The notes beneath the pieces are model-generated. The model was not told the origin of the DNA and did not search any database. It saw only the letters and a list, made by a program, of their open reading frames with translations. Source: Azolla caroliniana (taxonomy: Eukaryota > Plantae > Polypodiophyta). Taken from it: a stretch of DNA of 64,000 nucleotides. How positions within the stretch are numbered: position 1 is the first letter of the stretch; each line of letters opens with the position of its first letter. This document shows positions 39,214-52,505 of this stretch, piece by piece. The translations under genes were made by a program, and so were the position numbers. The DNA is taken from the NCBI GenBank assembly GCA_043228905.1, contig JBHGNT010000011.1, forward strand, positions 5,580,001 through 5,644,000, read 5' to 3'.

Positions 39214-42124
39214 TGTTGAAGCGGCAAGCTCAACTGGATCCGGATCGGTGAGTCGGTGAGCAAGTGAGCCGGTGAGCTGGTTAGCCGGATCTAGTAGTAA
39301 CCGGAAGTCTAGTAGCAACGTAGACTACTAGATAGTTAATGTCTCGTAGTTAGTGTCAGGCTCTCGTGTGAGCATTGAAGTACACCGTACTTCTGTCAGT
39401 CCTCTTAGGACTTGTATAAATAGTGTTGTTGAGCACATTTTATGTACAGAGAACTATTATTGTTTTGTAATAGATTTTTGAGTTGATCTGCTCTCCCGCG
39501 TACACTCTGTGTGTTAATCTCTCTCTCTCTCTCTCTCTTTGTTGCTATCCGGCAAGGCCGGTTTGTCTAACGCTTTCGCACATAATCTTTTACATGGTAT
39601 TAGAGTGCGAGGGTTGAGAACCTCTGCAGCCGACATCAGCATCTGAAGACAAACCCTAAGACCCGGTAAGAACAGAAAGAGAAGTGATGGATAGAGGAAT
39701 GGCTAGCTCGCTCCTGATGGAGAAGCTCGACAGATCCAACTACGCATCTTGGTCATACAAGATGCACCAATACCTGCTTGGGCATGGTTACTGGAGCTAT
39801 GTCGACGGAGCTAACGACACGGCACCTGATGTGGCACACAAGGACTTCCCAGTGTGGGAACAAGCGGCAAGCAGAGTGATGTACTGCTTTGCGTCAAGTG
39901 TCGGAGACCAACTGCTGAGCCACGTCCGAGATGCCAAGACACCAAAAGAAGCTTGGGGAAACCTGAAGAAGGCCCGGAAGCTGCAACTCCGACAGGAGTT
40001 GAGCAATGTCTGACAGAAGGACATGTCGGTAGCTGATTACACGGCCTGAATAAAAGAGATCCGTGACTCACTTGCCCCTATCAACGTAACTGTAGAGGAA
40101 GATGAGATGGTGCAGATTTGTCTTGGGGGTCTAGTGTCTAAGTTCAGAGCGTTCCCAACGACGATATGTACAAGGGAGAATATGCCGTCATTTTTTGACT
40201 TATAGAGGAGAACCATGCCGATGCGTCAACAAGTGCACCCACCGACATCCAGATGTTGTACACGGAGGCGGATCGGCCCCATGGGCGTGGTGGACAAGGC
40301 GGGTCGGCTCGCAATGGTAGTGGCCGACAAGAGCAGGACCGAAGGCACAAGGAACGTGCCGACAACAGTTTCGGACCCTCCACAAGCAGGGGGAGTCAAG
40401 GCGGCGCCGGAGGCCGCAAGCAAAGGCATGTTCAAGCTCACCGGCTCCAATTACTCAGTGTGGAAGTCGAAGACGAGGGACTTGCTCGTGGTTAAAGATC
40501 TTTGGTTGTTGGTTTAGTTTGGGAACAAAAGACCGAACAAGATCGATGCCACGATATGGGAGGTGATGCACATGAAGACAATGGCATACATCCGGTGTTT
40601 CATTGACATGAGCCTGTACAATAACTTCAATGAGGAGAGTAAGGCTCATGAGCTATGGGAGAAGATCAACATTATGTTCCAGAACAAAAATGTTAGCATG
40701 TGAGTTATTCCGGAAGCTAGTGAGGCTCTGGTACCAAGATGGCTCTAGCATGGTGGTGCACATGAATGCCTTCAAGGGGCCGATTCACCAGGCAACATCA
40801 TTGGAAGTACCTCTCGTCGATGAGGTACTAGCATTGCTCCTGCTCGGTTCCCTCCCAGATAGCTGGGAGACATTAGTTGTCACTTTGGGTAACGCTGGGC
40901 CGGAAGGAAAACCGTTATCCCTAGCAAGAGTCAAGTCGAGCTTGCTAGTTGAGGAGGCGCGTCGGAAAGACAAGGATACGAGCTCCGAATCCAAAGTGCT
41001 CCTTACCGAATCGGAACGCGGAAGACAAAGGTACCGGAGTCCCCAGAACTGAGAAAAGTCGGGGACACGGTCAAAGTCTAGGGGGAGGCCTACTTGCTTT
41101 TATTTCCAACAAGCCGGGACACTTCCAGAAGAACTGTCGGCATTTCTGGAAAGACAAGGAAACCGACAGTACCAATTCGAAGCGGTCACCGGACCGGAAT
41201 GACAAAGACCGGAGAGGGCCGGACCGGAAGGGAACGATGACAATCGCAGCAAGTGAAGAGGAGTTGATGCTCATCACCGAGGAGAGTGAGTTGAACCTTG
41301 CCGGTGACGAGACAACGTGGGTTGTCGATTCCAGAGCGTCGTTCCACTTGACCCGGGACCATAAATGCTTCTCATCCTACACAGCCAGCGAGCACGGCTG
41401 TGTCCGGATGGGGAATGAGGGAACATGCCGAATTGTCGACATAGGAGACGTGTGGTTGACAACACCAACTGGATGCAAGTTGTTGGTGAAGGATGTCCGA
41501 CACGTTCCGGAGGTTCGAGTGAACCTGATATCAGCCGGTCGGCTAGATGATGAAGGGTACACAGGTAGCATTCGGAACAATGTCATGGAGTTCTGCAAAG
41601 GGAGGTTAATAGTGGCTCGAGCCCGGAAAGTCAACACCCTATACCTAATGAATGCTTGGTTATGCCCGGAAGATGTGAAGGTGGCATCTGACACTGCCGG
41701 TGAGTTGTGGCACAAGAGACTGTGTCACATGAGCGAGAAGGGGATGAAGAGGCTTGCCGATGACAACCTCATTCCGGTGAAGAACATGCATCTTGAGAGG
41801 TGCACCGACTACCTGACTGGTAAGCAAAACCGGACCTCCTTCCGATCAAGGCCATTGATGAGACATAATGCACCACTGGAGTTGGTGCATACCGATGTGT
41901 GTCAAGTGGACACGAAGTCACATGTCAGATCGCAGTACTTCGTGACGTTCATAGACGACCACAATCGGAAGCTGTGGGCCACACCGCTGAAGATGAAGGA
42001 TCGGGTGTTATCCGTCTTCAAGGAGCTCCACGTGAGAGTGGAAAGAGAAACCGGCTGGAAGCTGAAGGCGGTTCGAGCAGATAACGGAGGAGAATACCTG
42101 GGGCAGTTTGAGGAGTATTGCCGC
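39214..42124 (+). mobile_element. Copia 5' part: LTR 39214-39594, PBS TGGTATTAGAG, gag of the 11950 family, then gag-PR-INT of a second copia family
   Basis: MDRGMASSLLMEKLDRSNYASW at 39687; MFKLTGSNYSVWK at ~40428; WVVDSRAS, LWHKRLCH, VRADNGGEY; inserted into the gypsy LTR that starts at 39152. Confidence 0.88.
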
Positions 42125-42472
42125 TGTCGTGAAGAAAACCGTCCCTTAGCGCAATCGGTGTATAGCGCGCGAACCGGCTCTTCACGCGTGCGCACCCTCT
42201 AATGTATATAATAAAGGATTAGGTACAAAGGTATATCCTAGGTAGTTAGATTCGGTAGGTAGGAAGTTAATGAGGGAAGCGGCTCCCTTCTTGGAGCTAT
42301 AAAAGAGAGGGAGGCGCGGGGAGAAAGGGATTGCGCATTGAGAAGGACAAAGTGCTGTCGGACCGTAACCGAACGCTTCTCCTCTGTTCATTCTCCATCG
42401 TTCTTCTCTGCAGGTTTTCGGGAGGCTCGCGCTGCTTCGAGGAACGCCCGTGTGCTTCCGGCAGCACCTCCA

Positions 42473-43163
42473 TGTTGGGAGACAGGTCCCTCCGGATGGG
42501 AAGGGAAAAGAACAGTGCTGATGAACAAACTCCGAAACCGTATGAGGAGTACCCGGCTACGGAGAGCCGGATGATGCAGACCCGGTGAAGACCGGATGAG
42601 GAGTACCCGACTACGGAGAGCCGGATGATGCAGACCCGGTGAGGACCGGATGAGGAGTACCCGGCTACGGAGAGTCGGATGGCGCAAACCCGGTGAGGAA
42701 TGCTCTCCGGATGAAGAGACATATTCATAAATATGTTTGTAAAGAGCCCACCGTGGCTATATTTGTAAATAGCCGAAAAGTCATATTAGTATAAATATGA
42801 CTTAGGGCAAACTTTCAGTTGTTGTTGTCATTCTTGTTGGTGCAAGAATAGAGAGTGTGTGTAACTGTACAGAGAGAGAGAGAGAGAGAAAGAGGTCGTT
42901 TCCTCTGTTGTAACCGCCGCCTGTGGCGAAGATCTGTGAGCATGAGGTCGTTGCCTCAGTGAACTCACTATTGTACATCCTTACATAGTGACAGTTTGCA
43001 GCCTGTGGGCTGTCGTGGTTTTTCCCTAGTTTGGGGTTTTCCACGTAAACCTTCTGTGTATCTTCCTCTTCTTCTTGTCGTGTTTCATTTCCCGTTTTTT
43101 GTGTATCATTCTAAGCTCGGTTGTGGCCGAGCGTAGCGCATAAGGAGCGTTGAGTTCCCGTCA
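42473..43163 (+). mobile_element. Copia-type solo LTR (691 bp) nested in the gypsy LTR, with three 54-bp internal repeats
   Basis: TG..CA termini; 5-bp TSD CTCCA (42468-42472, 43164-43168); repeat anchors at 42544, 42598, 42652. Confidence 0.88.
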
Positions 43164-45640
43164 CTCCATCCTATCCCCTTTCGTGCGCAGACCAGCAGGC
43201 ATCAGCATCTGTTCGCCGGCCTGTTCGGTTGTAACCGCTCGTGTGCTCTGTTGTTTTGTGTCATTTGTTAATATACAAACATTCGTGTCTCTCTGCCTCT
43301 GTGTCCATTCGTGTTTTCTGCGTTGACGGGCCGTGTCCCTGTTTCTTTGCTCATATGTAACCGGTCGTCCCTCTCTTTCTCTTCCCCCTCCTATCACCTG
43401 CTCTTCGGTTCAAGACCCCGGTGGTCCCGCCTCGTTTCTCCACGCACGCGCGTAGTAACGCGACATATTTGGTGAACCCGACATATTTGGTGAACGCGAC
43501 ATATTTGGCGGCAGAGGAGCAGAAGATGAGGGGGTCGGATCTTGTAGAGGCCATGGCTTCGGCCGTGGACCGGATAGTGAGCGCGCGCGAGGGCACCGAC
43601 GTCCTTGACAGGGCTATTGAGGGGATCGTCGGTACGATCAGCCGGTTCAGTGGAAAGGATGCCACGAGTTATTTGGCGTCCTACCGGGCGGAGATGTTGA
43701 TGAGGGATATTCCGGAAGAGAGGCGTCTTGCCAGATTCCCTCGAGTGGCGATGCCGGGAATCCATGCGGACGTGCTCGAGGTTCGGGCGGAGAGCCGGAC
43801 CTGGGAGGAGTTCGAAGGACGGCTCCTGGAGAAATACGGGCTGGATGACGCGCTTCGACTTTTGAAGCGGGGCTTCATGGAGTGGGTGGAGTCCCTCGAC
43901 AAAGGAAGAAATGCGTCGGCACTCCTCCGGGAGTTTGAGGATCGCTTTGCGCGCCTTTCGGCGCTCGATCAGACCGTTCTGGACACAAGTCGTGTCCTAC
44001 TGTTTGTCAAATCGGTTGACGCACGGGATCGGGAGAAAGTGGGCTCCTTACTGGAAACCAAAGACGGGCTGACGACCGACTGGGCCGCGGTAAAAAGAGT
44101 CTGCGGCTGTTTTGACAAACGGTGGGAGTGGGCTGATACAGGGGCGACCGGGGCAGGTCCTGTCGCAGCAAGGAAGCTCGAACCGATACCGCAGGCGTGA
44201 CGGGAAGAGACCCGGGAGTGGCTCGAAACCGGTTCGGCTTCAACCGGCGTGGTTAGAGGCTCGTCCGGGGGGGCAACTTTGGAGGAGTTGACACAGGCGG
44301 TAAAGGATCTCCAGATCGCCCAGGCTCAGAGGGAAGGTGGCGAACAGGCTCGTGACCAACGGCCTCCGGCAGGAAATAGGTGCATGTGGTGCGACAAGGT
44401 CGGCCACATCCGGAAAGACTGCGGGGACTTTGCGGAGGCTTTGAGAAGCCGGGTAGTGTACCTGTGGGAAGGTCGGGTGCACGCCAACAATACCCGGAGG
44501 GCCCTGAACCGAAACGACGGGCGAAGAGGAATGAAAAGGCTGATGGAAGAGGCGGCGGCCCGGCACGCGGAGACCATCCACTACTCGGCGTCGGCCGGTA
44601 TTCGAGTCGGTGGTAGCGAGGCCCGGAAGGAGAGCGAAGCCGGGTTTTGGCCGACGGTGCTGGAAGGCCTCGCCGGTGCCCGACTAAAGAAAGACGAGGC
44701 GGACCGTGCGGAGAAGCGGGTCTAGGAGGTAACCGGGTGGAGTGACCCGGTTGAAGAAAAGACGGGTTTCGTCGAAGCAGCTTGCCAGAACTACGAGGCT
44801 CTGGTTGAAGACAAACGGGTAGGTAAAACCGGAGGGGCCGGACCCTCACAAAGATACGAAACCCGATTCAGGCCGAAACAGAACGAGGCCGGTGAGACCA
44901 GTGCCCGGGATAACCACAAGAAGGGCGGATACCGGTTGGGCACGGAGACGAAAGGACCACGGACTACGAAAGGTCCTGGAAGAACGAATCCTCGACAGCA
45001 AGGTGGAACTGTCGTTGCGGGAGGTGCTCGGAATCGCCAAGAAGGAGTTCCACGACTCCATCGTAGACTTGGTGAAGAGGAAGAGGCTGTCGACGGAGAC
45101 AGAACCGGAAAGGCCGGTGGAGGTGCGGACGACGCACATGGAGGACATGGCGCTGGAAGACGAGTGGGCGGAGATCCACTACTCGAGGCCACACTGGGCC
45201 CGAGCGACCACGGAAACCCCGGTGAAGATCGGAGATGTTCAGGAACCGGTGGTGGCGCTGGTGGACCACGGTTCGGAAATAAACCTGATGTCCATGGACT
45301 TCTACAAGAAGGGGAAATGGCCGATCAACACCAAGCACGGGTGGAAGATACGGGTGGCGACGCACGCCACCGAGGAACTACACGGGGCCTGCCCAAACGT
45401 GCGAGTTAAGATCGGCGACGTCGAGATAGATCAACACTTCTTTGTGCAGGAGACGTCCTCGCACCCAGTCATACTGGGAGAACCGTACATTACGGCAGCG
45501 AGGATGGAGACCAAGGTGTTGGACAACGGGTCGGCTTACGCGAGGGTCAAGAGTCAGGATGGGCGTCATTCGGTCCAGTTCCTGACGGTGCGACTGAACC
45601 ACGAGCGAAACCGCGAGACCCTCGGTGGTGAGAACCGAGA

Positions 45641-47742
45641 GGATTTTTAGAGAGGGTTGTTAAGGCGTGGGGCCGCGACACTCCGGACACTCCGGGAAAA
45701 CCCCACAAATGTACGATAGAGGCAAAACCGAAGAAACCTTGTACCATAAGTAGGAAGTTTTGTTTCTCCGACAACGGAGGGTGTACGATAGTCGGCGTCG
45801 TTGGCCGAGAAAAGACAAGGGCGGAAGAGCGACTTCGGGCGTGTGGAGTTCTCGGTCCCAGCGAGGAAATCAACAGAGCCGTGGAGGCGGTCTCCTTCGA
45901 CGATACCTTGGGAATACTGCGAGAGGTGGTCAGAGAAGGCCTTAAAGAGGACCGGACAATACCGGTTTGTTCAGAAGAGATGTACGAAGTCATCACGGAC
46001 TTCAGTCGGGGGCTCGAGTCGGATCGGACGGCCCGGGTTAACACGAAGTACAAGACTGTGGACCGGAAGGTAAGGCCAGTCGCGACACCCTTACCGGAGG
46101 GTAGCGAGTTGCGAATCAAGGGGGTCACGTCGGACCCCAGTTTACGAGATCCGGCCTGCATAGGACACACCTTCACCGATAGAACGCTACGGGAGCTAAA
46201 AATCGGTGGGGGCGGTTTCCTACTGCCGGCGAAAGAAGACTGGTTTCGGAGAATGCTCGGAAGGCACGGGAAAGCCTTCGCATTCTCACCGGAAGAGATC
46301 GGGTGCGTAGACCCGACAGTCATGAAGCCGATGGTGATATTCACGGTACCACATGTGCCATGGAATCTCAAACCAATTCCGGTACCGAGAGCTCACATCC
46401 CGGAGCTGATGGAGCTATTGAGACAGAAAGTCGATATGGGCATCCTCGAACCGTCGAGTGCCCCGTACTCGAACCGGTGGTTTACCGTACCGAAGAAGAA
46501 CGGGACATTGCGCTTCATTCAAGACCTGCAACCGGTCAACAGAGTGACCATTCGGAACGCAGGAATCGAACCAACGATAGACGAGTTCGCGGAGGCCTTC
46601 GCCGGAAGGTCGATCTACTCGGTCGGGGATCTGTACTCGGGGTACGATCAGTTCCAACTAGCCGTAGAGAGCAGAGACATTACGATGATGCAGACTCCTC
46701 TCAGCCTAGTGCGGATGTGTACCCTGCCACAAGGAGGGAACAACTCGGTGGCCCACATGGTGAATGCGATGAACAAGGTGCTGAGGGATTGTATCCCGGA
46801 TATCACCATGCCATTCTTGGACGACATCCCGATCAAGGGATGTCCGGTGGAGAAAAGGGACGAAACGATTGGACCGGACGGATGCCGGAAATTTGTGGCG
46901 ACACACATTGACGACTGCGAGAGGGTGCTGCAGAGGCTAGAGGACGCGAGGCTCACCTTCTCCGGGGAGAAATCGGCCTTCGGGCAATCGGAGATCATGG
47001 TCGTCGGACATCTATGCGGACCGTATGGTCGGAAACCGTCTCCGGCTAAGGTAGAAGCCATCTCCGCAATGAAGCCCGATTTTAACTCGGTCACGGAGGT
47101 ACGACGGTTCTTGGGAGCATGCGCTTTCTACCACATATGGATCCCGCATTACGCCCACATTGCCGAGCCGCTATACGGGTTGCTGAAAAAGGGGCAAATA
47201 TTCGAGTGGCGGGACGAGCATACGGAGTCGGTCCGAAAGATGAAGGAGGCTCTTGCTGCAGCTCCGACACTCCGGAAGGCTGTCTACGAGAAAGGTACTC
47301 CCATCTACATGACGGTAGATACGAGTCCGATCGGGATCGGATGGGTCGTCAACCAAGAAGATGAGGACGGCATTCGGTTCCCAATCCGGTTCGGCGCGAA
47401 GGTCCTCAGCGAGCGACAGCGAGGATACGCCCAGGTTAAACACGAACTCTGGGGTATCGTTTCGGCGGTGAAGGCCGATAAAGACTATCTGATTGGGACA
47501 GAAGTGATTATCGAGACGGACTGCCTACCGATTCTCGGCATGGTTTCCGGATGCGCAACCCCAGACCTGGCAATGCTCAGGTGGATAGCGTACATCAAGT
47601 CCCTGTGCCTGGAAATACGACACATTTCCGGGAAAGACAATGCCATGGCCGACATGCTTTCGAGGGCACGATTCGACGACGAGGGCGGCATGGTTTCGGA
47701 GGACGAGGAAGTCGGCGTGGACTTCTTCGAGGCGGCTTACGT
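45641..47742 (+). CDS. Gypsy RT-RNaseH ORF (frame open from the gag-PR stop region)
   Basis: The 663-aa ORF at 45881 has no upstream stop back to at least 45641; retroelement homology ends near 47742. Confidence 0.85.
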
Positions 47743-47744
47743 AT

Positions 47745-48588
47745 TGTTAAATGGTCAAAGGCTGAGTGCTTGCAACTCTTCATCCATGGCTTCCATCCAT
47801 CAGGGGTCACGAGCCACTTTTGTAAAGCTTTCGAGCTCTTGTTTGACCATTACCTTCATCATGAAGGCATAATGATGGGCCATATACTCGTTGTAGTCGA
47901 ACCAAGTGATTGGGTTCTTCTCTCGAGATGAGTGTCAGAGTTTTTCGTTTGTCAACGTGACCACCTTCTTTACTCCAAGTGTCCACATAATGGGTACACT
48001 AAACTCGTTGTCTAGTGAGCGAGCTGAAACATCCAAATCATTGTCGTCGGGGTGGTCGACTTCGTATTCGGTCATCTTACCTTTGCCTTTGTCCGATCTC
48101 AGACTTGACCGCGACGTGCTTTGGTCGCTTGAAGGCTCGTGTGGTTCACTTAGCTCAGTAGAGCTTGGATTGTCCTTTGGTAAAGGACTTTGCCGAATAT
48201 CGTCATCTGGGTTGACATCCAACTCTTCCTCAATCGGGCCGGATGGAGTTGAATCGGGTTCATACCATGATGCCGATTCGTCGAAAGCTACATCCCGACT
48301 CACCCGAACCACTTGGGTCGAAGGGTTGAAGCACTTGTATCCCTTTTTCTCGAACGAGTATCCTACGAGGATACATTTCTCCGAATTCATGTTGAGCTTC
48401 AGTTGTTTTTCGTTCGGGATGAGTACATCCGCAATGCTTTTGAACACTTTGAGGTGTGAAAGGATCGGCTTTCTTCCAACAAAGATCTCGTATGGAGTTG
48501 GCTCGTGCACTCCATTAGTGGTGCACCGATTCATGAGATAGATGGTTGTGGATGTCACTTCTCCAATAGAAATTCGGCATATGCTTCT
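47745..48588 (-). pseudogene. Copia integrase C-terminal/pre-RT fragment related to the 11950 family
   Basis: KCILVGYS..KGYKCFNP..VSRDVAFDESASWY; YNEYMAHHYA. Confidence 0.88.
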
Positions 48589-50326
48589 TGTAGAAAACAG
48601 AGGGATCTTAGACTAACCCTCACACAGCAAGATCACTTAGAAGACTTAAGGAAATATCAGTAGATTAGGGAAAACGAGCATTGATTACAAAGATGTAGAA
48701 TGGTTTATATAACCAGTTTCGACATTTAGGTAGAAACCCAACAATCACTTTATTAGGTTCACATTATTATAACTATATTCACACCTAACAACTACTTAAC
48801 TAGGTTCATACTATTCTAAGTATGTTCACACCCAACAATTACTTAACTAGGTTCACACTATTATAACAATGTTCAGACCAAAGCTTTCATAGGATACACA
48901 TTAAGTGTAACAAACCCCCCCTGAAGTGAATGGTGTGGACTTGAATGTGGTCACTATCCAGGCATTGGAAGAATGCCCAATTCCTTGCAAAAATATTCAA
49001 ACTTTTCTCTTGATAGAGCCTTGGTGAAAATGTCTGCAACATTTTCATGAGTTGGTATATAGATCAAGTTTATCTCTTTAGCATGGAACTGCTCCCTCAC
49101 ATAATGATAGTGCACCTCAATGTGTTTTGTTCGCGCATGGAAGACAGGATTTCTTGCAATAGCCAAAGCACTTTGACAATTTGTAAATATACAAGTAGGA
49201 GATGGTTGCTCAAGTGACAAATCAAACAATAATCCCCTGAGCCAAACACACTCTACTGTGGCGTTGAATGCTGCTCTATATTCAACTTCACAACTTGATG
49301 TTGCCACTGTTGGGTTCTTCTTGCTGAGCCAGGAAACACAAGAATTGTTGATCATGAGACAATTACCACTATGTGAGACACGAGTGTTGTAGCAGCCAGC
49401 CCAATCACTATCAGTGAAGGCTATTAAAGTAGATGAATTTCCTTCTCCATAGAAGAGGTTGAAATCCATAGTGCCTTTGAGCTAACAGAAAACTCTCTTG
49501 GCTGCTTGCCAATGCTTTGTTCCAAGGTTGTGCATAAACCTGCTTAATTGTGAAACCACATATTGTCTGTCAGGTTGCATGTTGCACAAAAATATCAAAC
49601 AACTTAAAGCTTGCTAGTATAAGAGTACATCAGTTGGTTCTCCTTTGTCTTGGTATGAGAATTTAAATCCGGCTTCTACAGGACTAGAGATTGGCTTGCA
49701 GTCTTCAGACCTAAATCGTTGTAGGAGGTTCTCGATGTACTTTCGTTGACTGAGAAAAATGCCCCCCCTCAATAGTAATAAATTGAATGTTGAGGTAGTA
49801 ATGGAGATGACCAAGATCTGTAAGTTCAAATGTCTTACTAAGATCAACTTTGAAATCTACAATTTCATGCTCATCAAGTCTTGTGATTAGCAAATCATCA
49901 ACATACAGCACAACAATTAGTAATTTTATTCCATCCTTTTAAACATAGAGAGTGCTTTTTGTTGGGTTCTTTACAAAACTAAGTTGAAGAAGATGGATAT
50001 GGATCTTTGCATTCCACGCTTGAGGTGCTTGCTTCAAGCCGTACAAAGCTTTAAGTAACCTGCAAACTTTAGTTTCTGCACCTTTAATGACAAAACCTGG
50101 AGGTTGAGCTACATAAACCTCTCCTTCTAAATCTCCATTTAAGAAGTCGGTTTTAATTCCTAATTGGTGAACCCTCTATCTCTTAATTGTTGTTGCAGAA
50201 ACTGTAGCTCTTATTGTAGTCATCTTTGAAGTGGGGGCGAAGTTTTCTTCATAGTCTATCCCCTCTTTTTGGGAACAACCTTTTGCCACAAGTCTTGCTT
50301 TAAAGCGATCAATGCTTCCATCCGCA
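48589..50326 (-). mobile_element. Copia 3' part: RT, RNase H, PPT and 3' LTR (48589-48912)
   Basis: [29 protein letters not shown]; C-tract at ~48915-48921 (minus-strand PPT). Confidence 0.88.
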
Positions 50327-50580
50327 TGATAGAAAAACAAAAACTCGACCACAACCGCGTTGAATGCGGAATAGGGAATACAAGCAGAAGTAGAGAAAAC
50401 AGAAATGAAAGTGCTCAAAATATATCGTGGAAAACCCCCAAATGGATATAAAACCACAGATGCCCACAGACACCAAACAAATCACTATGAGAGAAGTATA
50501 CAACGAATGAACTCAGAGGCACCGACCTAGTCTCGTACACTTTGCCGACAGGCGGTTACAATAGAGAAGCTCTAGCTACC

Positions 50581-50637
<57 letters not shown>

Positions 50638-52505
50638 GCTATGGATGCTCTGTCGTAGAGGCAACAACCTTGCACGTGCAATACACAATTTCACAAATAG
50701 CTTGCACAACTAGACAATCAAACAAGACAACTCACTACACTCACCATAAAAAAGACCGACATAAGGTTTGCCCTAGTTATCTTAGATAACTTTCGGGCTA
50801 CTTACATAATTGGCGTAAGTAGGCTCAACTCAAACCTATTTACATTTTCCTTTGTCCTGTATTCAGCCCATCCAAAAGGAACCTAGTTATCAACAAACTC
50901 CCCCTTCACTTTGGATGGGGCTTCACTAGTCTGACCCGACTCTGACATGCTTCTAGCTTTTTTGTCGACAACACCTTTGTTAGCATGTCGGATCCGTTTT
51001 CCGATATGTGGATCTTCATTAGAGTAAACTCATTACTTGTTCTCAGAGCCAATCATATCACCTTTGGATTTGTTTGGTCCTCGAGTGGTAGACTACATTC
51101 TTAGCAAGGTGGATGGCACTTTGGTTATCGCAATAGAGTCAGAATTCACCTTGTCGAATTCTCAGCTCTCCGACAAACTCCTTCATCCATATCATTTCCT
51201 TGCCAGCTTTGATAGCTTCCATGTACTCGGCTTCGGTGGTCGACAATGCCATGGCCTTCTGCAACCTTGACTACCAAGAGACAGCTCCCCCTGCACAAGT
51301 CATCACATACTCGGACGTGGACCGATTAGTATCTACATCAGCTGACATGTCCGAGTCAGTAAAGCCTTCTATCATGGGGTTACTTGAACCGAATCAAAGA
51401 CACATGCTCGAGGTGCCTTTCAGGTACCAAAGTATCCATTTTATTGTTGCCCACTGCTCTCTTCTGAGGTTGCTCATGTATCGGTTGACGACTCCGACAA
51501 CATATCCAATGTTCGGCCTAGTACATACCATTGCGTACATTAGGCTTCCGACTACTGAGGAATATGGGACCTTCATCATCTCAGCTTTCTCCGTCTTCGT
51601 CTTTGGAAACTGTGTCGATGATAGCTATTGTTTGTCGGGAGTGTCAAACCAACCAGTTTCGCACTTTCCATGTTGAATCTTTGGAGCACCTTTGGACCAC
51701 GTATTTTTCTTGTGACAGCCATAGCATCTTCTTTGCCCAATCCCGGACAATGTGTATCCCTAAGATTTTCTTTGCCCAACCCATGTCTTTCATTGAGAAC
51801 GATCTGCCTACTCAAGGCCTTCTTCAGCATTCAAATCTTCACATGGTCCCATCAGACAATCAACATGTTGTCCACATATAGCAAGAGAATCAGGCGACCT
51901 CCTCCATCAAACTTCTTCAAAAACATACAGTGGTCGGCCTGTGTTTTGTGGTACCCTTGATCGATCATGAAGGATTTAAACTTCCGGTACCATTGTCGAG
52001 GAGCCTTCTTCAATCCATAAAGGCTCTTCTTCAACCGACACATCAGATTCTCTTTTCCCATCTCGATGAATCGTTCTGGTTGCTGCATATAGATTTCTTC
52101 CTCTAAATCCCCATGCAAAATTGTCATCTCGACATCCATCTGTTCGACTTCTAGATCCATGCGGGCCGCTATGCTCAGCACCGTACAGATGGATGTCATC
52201 TTTACTACCAGGGCAAAGATCTCGTCAAAATCCACTCCTTTCTTAAATTGGAAGCCCTTCACCACAATGCAGACTTTGTACCTTGGTGGATTTCCGACGT
52301 CTCCGGGTTTCAACTTGTATACCCACTTGTTTCATCCTCTTTCCTTTCGGTAGCTTCGTCCATTCGTAGGTGTGGTTCTCATGTGAGTCCATCTCATCTT
52401 GGATGGCACTTAACCACTTGACGTTGTAGGTGTCCCTCTTTGCTTCCTCGAAGCTTTCCAGTTCATCCTTGTCGATTAGCAGCACATATTCCTTATCCGG
52501 AAAGC
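50327..52505 (-). mobile_element. Copia 3' part: degenerate RT/RNase H, PPT and 3' LTR (50327-50895)
   Basis: LHGDLEEEIYMQQP, LLYVDNML, GSLMYAMVCTRP; CTCCCCCTT next to the LTR. Confidence 0.85.

Larger units (their letters stand above)
42125..47742 (+). mobile_element. 3'-truncated Ty3/gypsy element: 5' LTR 42125-43465, Trp-type PBS, gag-PR, RT-RNaseH
   Basis: LTR termini TGTCGTGAAG / AACGCGACA; CMWCDKVGHIRKDC knuckle; LVDHGSEINL protease; PFLDD RT; TVDTS..ETDC..MADMLSR RNase H; integrase absent. Confidence 0.92.

Noticed and set aside
45628-45861. Ogre-like intron between protease and RT
   Set aside because: The best GT-AG pair does not join into the RT frame, and the RT frame is already open through the region.
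47743-47872. C-terminal part of the 663-aa gypsy ORF
   Set aside because: It is read-through into an antisense copia fragment.
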